From Deltaproteobacteria bacterium (GTDB lineage Bacteria; Myxococcota_A; Polyangia; Fen-1088), in assembly GCA_033763315.1 (NCBI GenBank), contig JANRKS010000001.1:192001-256000 (forward strand): a stretch of DNA of 64,000 nucleotides. Reading direction: 5' to 3'. Below, in pieces: positions 58,844 through 64,000 of the stretch. The number at the start of each line of letters is the position of its first letter. Within the stretch, counting starts at the first letter, position 1. Below the pieces are notes generated by a model. That model searched no databases and was not told the origin of the DNA. It saw nothing but the letters and a program-made list of their open reading frames with translations. A program made the translations under genes and the position numbers.

Positions 58844-59766
58844 TTCACATTCCTTTGCGATGGACGATTCACGTAAATGCGGCACAGATGCGGCGCCAGG
58901 CCGCGCACCGGTGATCGCAAGTGAAACAACGCGCCGCCGGTCGGCTGCGCCGATGCACTTATGGGGGCCAAGCGGCTGGCCACACGCTCGGCGGCGGTGG
59001 TGATGAACACGTCGCACAGATCATCACCGCCAAAACACAACGACGTCACCTGACTTGCGGGAAGCGCCACGCGTTCGACGATGCAGCCGGCTGGGTCCAA
59101 TCGTAGAACACAGCCGCCCCAAAACATCGCGCACCACAAAAAGCCGTCTTCGTCTACGGCGAGTCCATCCGGAACGCCCGCGTCGATCCCGAAGGCGTGC
59201 AATGTGCGACGGTGCTGAACGCGACCTGTTTCCGCGTCGTATTGATAAGCAAATATCGAACGCCTTACGCTGTCGGTTGCATACAACACACGTCCGTCGG
59301 GAGACGTGGCGACCCCATTGGCCAAGTGGTACCCACGATCAAGGGCCGTGGCGGTGGCCGTGCGCCCTTCTTCACTGGCAAGGCTCCACAGCGATCCAGG
59401 CGCATAGTCGTGTTCTTCACGAAAATGCTCGGCGCCGCCAATCATACGTCCGCGGGCGTCCACGTAAACGTCATTGAGTGCAGGGCCAGCATGGCCATGC
59501 CCCTGCACCTCGATTGGATGCACCCCTTTATCTAAGTAACGCAGGCCTTCAGGGCCCGCCAGCACGAGCCCTCCGTCGACGTGCTCGCACACACACGCGG
59601 CTTGCCATTCATCGCATAAGGTTGCGGCGCTGGGCTGCGCACCGAGGTTTATCTGCAAAACCTTTTTGTCACTGCAGTCGGTGACGACGAGCCTGCGTTG
59701 GTGCGGAAGCCACACGGGCGATTCGGCGCACTTCAAATTCAGATCTAGGATTGCAGAGATTTTCAT
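58840..59766 (-). CDS. SMP-30/gluconolactonase family protein
   Basis: ESPVW, LND, ANG, PDGLAVD.DG.LW, TSLCFGG. Confidence 0.93.
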   Translation of the reverse strand: MKISAILDLNLKCAESPVWLPHQRRLVVTDCSDKKVLQINLGAQPSAATLCDEWQAACVCEHVDGGLVLAGPEGLRYLDKGVHPIEVQGHGHAGPALNDVYVDARGRMIGGAEHFREEHDYAPGSLWSLASEEGRTATATALDRGYHLANGVATSPDGRVLYATDSVRRSIFAYQYDAETGRVQHRRTLHAFGIDAGVPDGLAVDEDGFLWCAMFWGGCVLRLDPAGCIVERVALPASQVTSLCFGGDDLCDVFITTAAERVASRLAPISASAQPTGGALFHLRSPVRGLAPHLCRIYVNRPSQRNVK

Positions 59767-60758
59767 GGTTCCGCCGCCCGAGCATCAAAACGCATTACGA
59801 GAAGGGCCCCGGCGAGCGTCAACAAAGCGCCCGGCACCACGGCCCATGTCAGCGGCTCGCGCAGGAACAGGGCGCTCAAGATCACGCCAAACGCTGGCAG
59901 CAAATACGTGGATAGCGACGCCACGGTGACATCGAGCCGCGCCAGCGCGCGGAACCACAGCAGCATCGCCAGCGCCCACGGAAACGCGGCCAACACGGCC
60001 ATAGCCACCCACCCGCGAACGGTGAGTGCGCGTAGGGCGTTTACGGCGCCGGGCTCGAACCAAGCCACGGCGATCAAGCCAGCGCCTGTGGCCACCAGAT
60101 AGCTGTAAGCGATCAATTCAACGCCTGACCAAACAGTGAGCACCCGCTTCGCAAGCGTGTTGTAGATCGCGCTTGATAAGCATGAACCCAGAACCAAAGC
60201 CAAACCCAGCGCCGCTTGTGTTGGCGCCTCACCCGACGAAAGCGCGGTGCCATCCCCCGGTTGGGCAAGTGAAAGCCACAGGCCGCCCGATAAAGACACA
60301 ACAAGGCCGATGAGACGCACCAGGGTCAAACGTTCGCCGAGCAGGGGCCACGCCACCAGCCCTGTGAGCACGGGCGTTGATAAACCAATCAGCGCCGCGC
60401 GTGAAGCACCAACCTTGCTTTCTCCCCAAGCCAGAAGGCCCACCGCGGGAATGAGGCCCAGCAAACTGGCGGCTGCAAACGCGGCCCAGAAGGCACCGGT
60501 TTGTGGCTGAGCGACTTGCCGCTGTCGCGTGCGGCGCACCGCCACGGGCAAAACCAAGAGGCAAGCGAGGCTGAGGCACACGACGGTGAGGGTGAGCGGC
60601 GGAAGCTGCGCAATCGCTACGCGGCTGGCGGGGTATTGCAACGCCCACAGCGCATTGACCAGCACCAAAAGACCCATGTTGCGAAGCGCAAGTCCGCGTC
60701 GCAAAGTGGTTAAACCACTTGTGGGAACAAAGCTGGGTGAAGTGTGCAACGCCGCCAT
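59763..60758 (-). CDS. EamA/DMT family transporter
   Basis: About 10 TM segments; LLGERL and FLREPL repeats. Confidence 0.9.
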   Translation of the reverse strand: MAALHTSPSFVPTSGLTTLRRGLALRNMGLLVLVNALWALQYPASRVAIAQLPPLTLTVVCLSLACLLVLPVAVRRTRQRQVAQPQTGAFWAAFAAASLLGLIPAVGLLAWGESKVGASRAALIGLSTPVLTGLVAWPLLGERLTLVRLIGLVVSLSGGLWLSLAQPGDGTALSSGEAPTQAALGLALVLGSCLSSAIYNTLAKRVLTVWSGVELIAYSYLVATGAGLIAVAWFEPGAVNALRALTVRGWVAMAVLAAFPWALAMLLWFRALARLDVTVASLSTYLLPAFGVILSALFLREPLTWAVVPGALLTLAGALLVMRFDARAAEP

Positions 60759-60769
60759 GGTCAGCAAGC

Positions 60770-61540
60770 TCAGAACGTGATGGTCAAGCCGCCATCGGCG
60801 ACCAACGTGTGGCCGGTGACATAGCTGCAATCATCAGAGGCCAAAAACAGCGCCACGGCTGCCACCTCGCTGGCGGTGCCCGGCCGCGCCAAAGGAATCT
60901 TCCGCTTACCTACGTACCATTGCGCGAAGTCTGCGGTGGTGGTCTCGTCGACGCCGTCGACGATCGATAGCGGTGTATGAATGCAACCGGGCGCGATGGC
61001 GTTCACCAAGATGCCGTCAGGCGCCAGATCAACCGCCAACGATCGCGTGAACGCATGCAGGGCGCCTTTTGACGCCGTATACGCACCCAATCTGCCTTCC
61101 GTCGCGATCGCCTGCGCCGAACCCACATTGATGATCCGGGCGTGGTTGCTTTGCCGCAAAGCTTCGAGGCTGGCTTTGCAGCCAAGTCGAACCGCCCCAA
61201 GGTTGACGTCCATCACCCGTTGCCAGGCCGCATCTGTATCGTGCGCGATGTGCGCGTACGGCGAAACGGCCGCATTGTTCACCAAAATGTCGACGCCGCC
61301 GAAGCGCGTGCGGGTTTGCTGCACACAGGCCTGCCACGCCTCGGCGTTCGTGATGTCAAACGGGAAGGCATGTGCACCCAAAGACGCACACGTTTCCTTG
61401 AGCTCCGTCTCTAAAACGTCAATGCCAATAACGTGTGCGCCTTGCTGAACAAAGGTGGCAACGATGCCAGCGCCTATGCCACGCGCCGCCCCTGTGACGA
61501 TGGCCACGCGCCCCGCAAGTCGATCTCTGCCAAGATTCAT
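60770..61540 (-). CDS. SDR family oxidoreductase
   Basis: TGAARGIG, NNAA, YTASK, NAIAPG, DGG. Confidence 0.93.
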   Translation of the reverse strand: MNLGRDRLAGRVAIVTGAARGIGAGIVATFVQQGAHVIGIDVLETELKETCASLGAHAFPFDITNAEAWQACVQQTRTRFGGVDILVNNAAVSPYAHIAHDTDAAWQRVMDVNLGAVRLGCKASLEALRQSNHARIINVGSAQAIATEGRLGAYTASKGALHAFTRSLAVDLAPDGILVNAIAPGCIHTPLSIVDGVDETTTADFAQWYVGKRKIPLARPGTASEVAAVALFLASDDCSYVTGHTLVADGGLTITF

Positions 61541-62295
61541 TGGCGCGCCTTCTGCAGATTGTGGAACTCGAGCGCCGCTTGCTGCAGATGCTTCGTCATG
61601 TGCCGGCTTGCGGCGGCGGCGTCCCGACGTTTCACGGCCTTCAGGATCTGCACATGCTGTTTGAGTGCCTGATCAAGGTCGTGGTGTTCAGAAATGTGCC
61701 GCGCTTCGCGCTCTTCAATGACGTCGAAAAGGACCTTGCACAAAGATGCCAAAACAACGTTCCCGGCAGCCTCAACAAGGGTGCGGTGAAACGCAACGTC
61801 AGCGCGCCAAAACGCTTCGGCGCGACGTTCCTTGCAAGCGGCCTCCATGGCCGTCACCGCCGCCGTAAGAGTGTCTATCTGGACAGGGCTCGCATGTGTC
61901 GCCGACAAAGCCGCGATCGGCGGCTCAAGAATAAGCCGCGTTTCATACATCGTTTGCAGTGGCACCTCGTGCAAGCCGGACAACATGGAGAGGCCTTCGC
62001 TCGGCAGGCGCGGGGGACCATCGACCACGAAGGTTCCCGAGCCATGGCGTGAATCGATCACGCCCAAGCCAAGAAGCGTGGAGAGCGCCGTACGAAGGCT
62101 GCCCCGCGATACGCCGAACTTTTGCGCCAGCGCACGCTCGGCGGGCAGCCGCGTTCCAGGACGCAACTCACGCCGATGGATCATCTGGCGGATGCGTGCC
62201 ACCACCATGTCTGACGTGGCGCCGCCGCTGGGTGCACGCTGCGCCTTTGCCTGCGTGGCGGTGCGGAGCGCGGGAGACAACGATCGCTGCGGCAT
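61537..62295 (-). CDS. GntR/FadR family transcriptional regulator
   Basis: LPAERALAQKFGVSR..LR.AL, HGSGTFV; FCD domain AD.AFH. Confidence 0.93.
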   Translation of the reverse strand: MPQRSLSPALRTATQAKAQRAPSGGATSDMVVARIRQMIHRRELRPGTRLPAERALAQKFGVSRGSLRTALSTLLGLGVIDSRHGSGTFVVDGPPRLPSEGLSMLSGLHEVPLQTMYETRLILEPPIAALSATHASPVQIDTLTAAVTAMEAACKERRAEAFWRADVAFHRTLVEAAGNVVLASLCKVLFDVIEEREARHISEHHDLDQALKQHVQILKAVKRRDAAAASRHMTKHLQQAALEFHNLQKARQ

Positions 62296-62312
62296 AAGTG
62301 GTTCGACCACTT
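62296..62312. promoter_or_regulatory. FadR-type operator AAGTGGT-TCG-ACCACTT
   Basis: Perfect 7-bp arms matching TGGT-N3-ACCA, abutting the regulator start codon. Confidence 0.75.
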
Positions 62313-62394
62313 TGGCGCGCGCCGGAGCCTGGATCAAGGCGAAATGCAACGCAACATTGGTTTGCCGACTTAGATCAGCGGTGCAAGATATGTC

Positions 62395-62886
62395 TCAAAC
62401 CACCTTGGAATAGAAGAGCGACCCGCCCGTTGCGTCGCCATAGACCGCTTGACCTAATCCGAAACGCTCGTAGGTGCGGCGCGCGCGATGGTTGTTCTCT
62501 TGCACTTCAAGCGTGATCTTCACGCAGCCGAGCGCCTGCGCTTTGGCCTGCACGGCACAAAGCAAAGCGTGCCCCACACCACGCCCACGATGCTCCGGCA
62601 ACACCGCCAGATCGTGAATGTTGATGAGCGGCCGCGCCGCAAACGTGGAGAACCCAAGAAAGCATGTGGCGATGCCGACCGCACTGCCCTGCACCAAAGC
62701 CAAGAAGACCATGGTGGTGGGATGCGCCCGCAGCGCTGGAATCAGCCTTTGCAGCACCTCGGGCGCCAAAGGCGCGCCGTTGCCCATTGCATCCATGGCG
62801 TAAGCGGAGGTGAGTGCGACGATTGACTGTTGATGCGAGGGGTTCGCCAAATCAGCTTCGATGATCTGAGGCAGGGATGTTGTCAT
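62395..62886 (-). CDS. GNAT family N-acetyltransferase
   Basis: NIHDLAVLPEHRGRGVG; TLEV...N..A...Y. Confidence 0.92.
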   Translation of the reverse strand: MTTSLPQIIEADLANPSHQQSIVALTSAYAMDAMGNGAPLAPEVLQRLIPALRAHPTTMVFLALVQGSAVGIATCFLGFSTFAARPLINIHDLAVLPEHRGRGVGHALLCAVQAKAQALGCVKITLEVQENNHRARRTYERFGLGQAVYGDATGGSLFYSKVV

Positions 62887-63009
62887 GTCGAAGTCTTCGG
62901 GGGTGGATTCCACAAGCGCTGGTTGCGGTCGTGGTCCGGTATTTTGAACTCGGCAACGCGGGGCTTGGATTTGCGTCCCTCACGCTGCGCTTGCTTTCAG
63001 CTGACAGTC

Positions 63010-63291
63010 CTACTTCACACAGCGCCTATAAACGACTTTGCCGCCGTGGCCGACCGCGAATGGCTCCCATCCTTCTGGTGCCGTATCAGTGTGCGGTTTG
63101 TCCATCTCTGGCAAGGGGGCATTGAGGTCGATCACCGGTGGCAGCGTTGCTGTTTGCCATTGTTTGCACACCGCAGGAGCACCTTCGTAGCCGGCTTTCG
63201 CGAAGGTCGCTTGAAAGGAAGCGGTTGCCAAGATTGTGGCCGCCGCCGTCCCCACGACCCATACCCACACTTTTAAATTGCCATTGCGCAT
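63010..63291 (-). CDS. Small exported hypothetical protein
   Basis: Signal peptide; two Cys flanking PEGWEPF motif. Confidence 0.55.
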   Translation of the reverse strand: MRNGNLKVWVWVVGTAAATILATASFQATFAKAGYEGAPAVCKQWQTATLPPVIDLNAPLPEMDKPHTDTAPEGWEPFAVGHGGKVVYRRCVK

Positions 63292-63363
63292 GGAGCCTAG
63301 TTTCCCCCCGACGTTTCACGTTGGCCAGCGGAACTTACTGTGCTCACCGTTGTGATACCATCG

Positions 63364-64000
63364 ATGACCATGGCGCAGACGACGGCCCTCGGATCGATCA
63401 CGGTTGTTTTGTTGATCACGTTGAGCTGCTCGTCAGGGGGCAACACCAGCGAAGATGCAGACGCCGCTGGTGCTGGTTCAGGCGGCGTGGGTGGCCGCGC
63501 TTTCAGTGATGGCGGCACAGCAGGCGATGGTGGCAAAGCGGCCACCACGGGGGCGGCCGGTGGCGGCGGCCAAGCAGGCGGCGGCGGGGTGGGTGCAGCT
63601 GCAGGTGCGATGGCCAGCGGTGGAACGGGGGGCGCAGGATCGGGCACGGGCGGCATGGGGGGTGCGAGCGCTGCAAAACCAAGCGCTGGTTGTGCGAAAG
63701 GCACCGGGCGCCCCGCAGGCGGCGTGGTCGCGGTGGCACAAAATTATTCGTTCACGTTTCCCGCCACGTACGACGGCAAAACGCCGTTCCCGGTGTTCAT
63801 TGGCTTTCATGGCTGTGGCGCGGGAAACCGCGGCACCGAAACAAGCAACACGGAATGGATTTCGCTTTCTAAGGGCACCGCGTTTGAAACCCAATATGTG
63901 CGCGCGGTGCCCGTCTCGTCGGACGCCGGTGGCTGTTGGAACTACGCGAACGACATTCCACGCGTCACCAAGATGTTTGACGAGTTGCTGGCAAATCATT
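63364..64000 (+). CDS. Lipoprotein, alpha/beta-hydrolase (PHB depolymerase / CE1 feruloyl-esterase-like), 3'-truncated by window edge
   Basis: Absent from the ORF track because it has no stop: TLSC lipobox, Gly-rich linker, PSAGC, YDGKTPFPVFIGFHGCG, MFDELLANH. Confidence 0.78.
   Translation, partial: MTMAQTTALGSITVVLLITLSCSSGGNTSEDADAAGAGSGGVGGRAFSDGGTAGDGGKAATTGAAGGGGQAGGGGVGAAAGAMASGGTGGAGSGTGGMGGASAAKPSAGCAKGTGRPAGGVVAVAQNYSFTFPATYDGKTPFPVFIGFHGCGAGNRGTETSNTEWISLSKGTAFETQYVRAVPVSSDAGGCWNYANDIPRVTKMFDELLANH

Noticed and set aside
63297-63704. Pro-rich minus-strand ORF
   Set aside because: Antisense shadow of the Gly-rich linker of the plus-strand hydrolase starting at 63364

Overview
GC-rich chromosomal window, most consistent with a Myxococcota (Polyangia-like) genome. 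This is inferred from Gly-rich VWA lipoproteins, a Ser/Thr kinase-AAA-TPR protein, a DUF1592/DUF1552 pair and a CglF-like motif. Core genes: murC-ftsQ-ftsA-ftsZ, htpG, cls, dbpA, class I fumarase and sppA. Accessory content includes (i) a six-gene ECF sigma / FecR-TPR / beta-rich exported protein / glycoside-hydrolase-like lipoprotein that appears to lack catalytic Glu / DUF1592 cytochrome-c lipoprotein / Tat-exported DUF1552 cluster, with one motif shared upstream of the sigma gene and the DUF pair, which is the best candidate for an undescribed surface-signalling system; (ii) an ECF sigma fused through a hydrophobic segment to a CglF/GltF-like C-terminus; (iii) a CsgA/sniffer-type SDR directly upstream of cardiolipin synthase; (iv) a GntR-controlled non-phosphorylative sugar-acid operon with an exported GH42; (v) a lipoprotein with four C-type-lectin-like domains and another with xxxNGL repeats; (vi) several decayed gene remnants (LigD polymerase, nucleotidyltransferase, a frameshifted extracellular domain). 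I saw no rRNA, tRNA, CRISPR array or intact mobile element. All family calls come from motif recognition by eye, not database searches.
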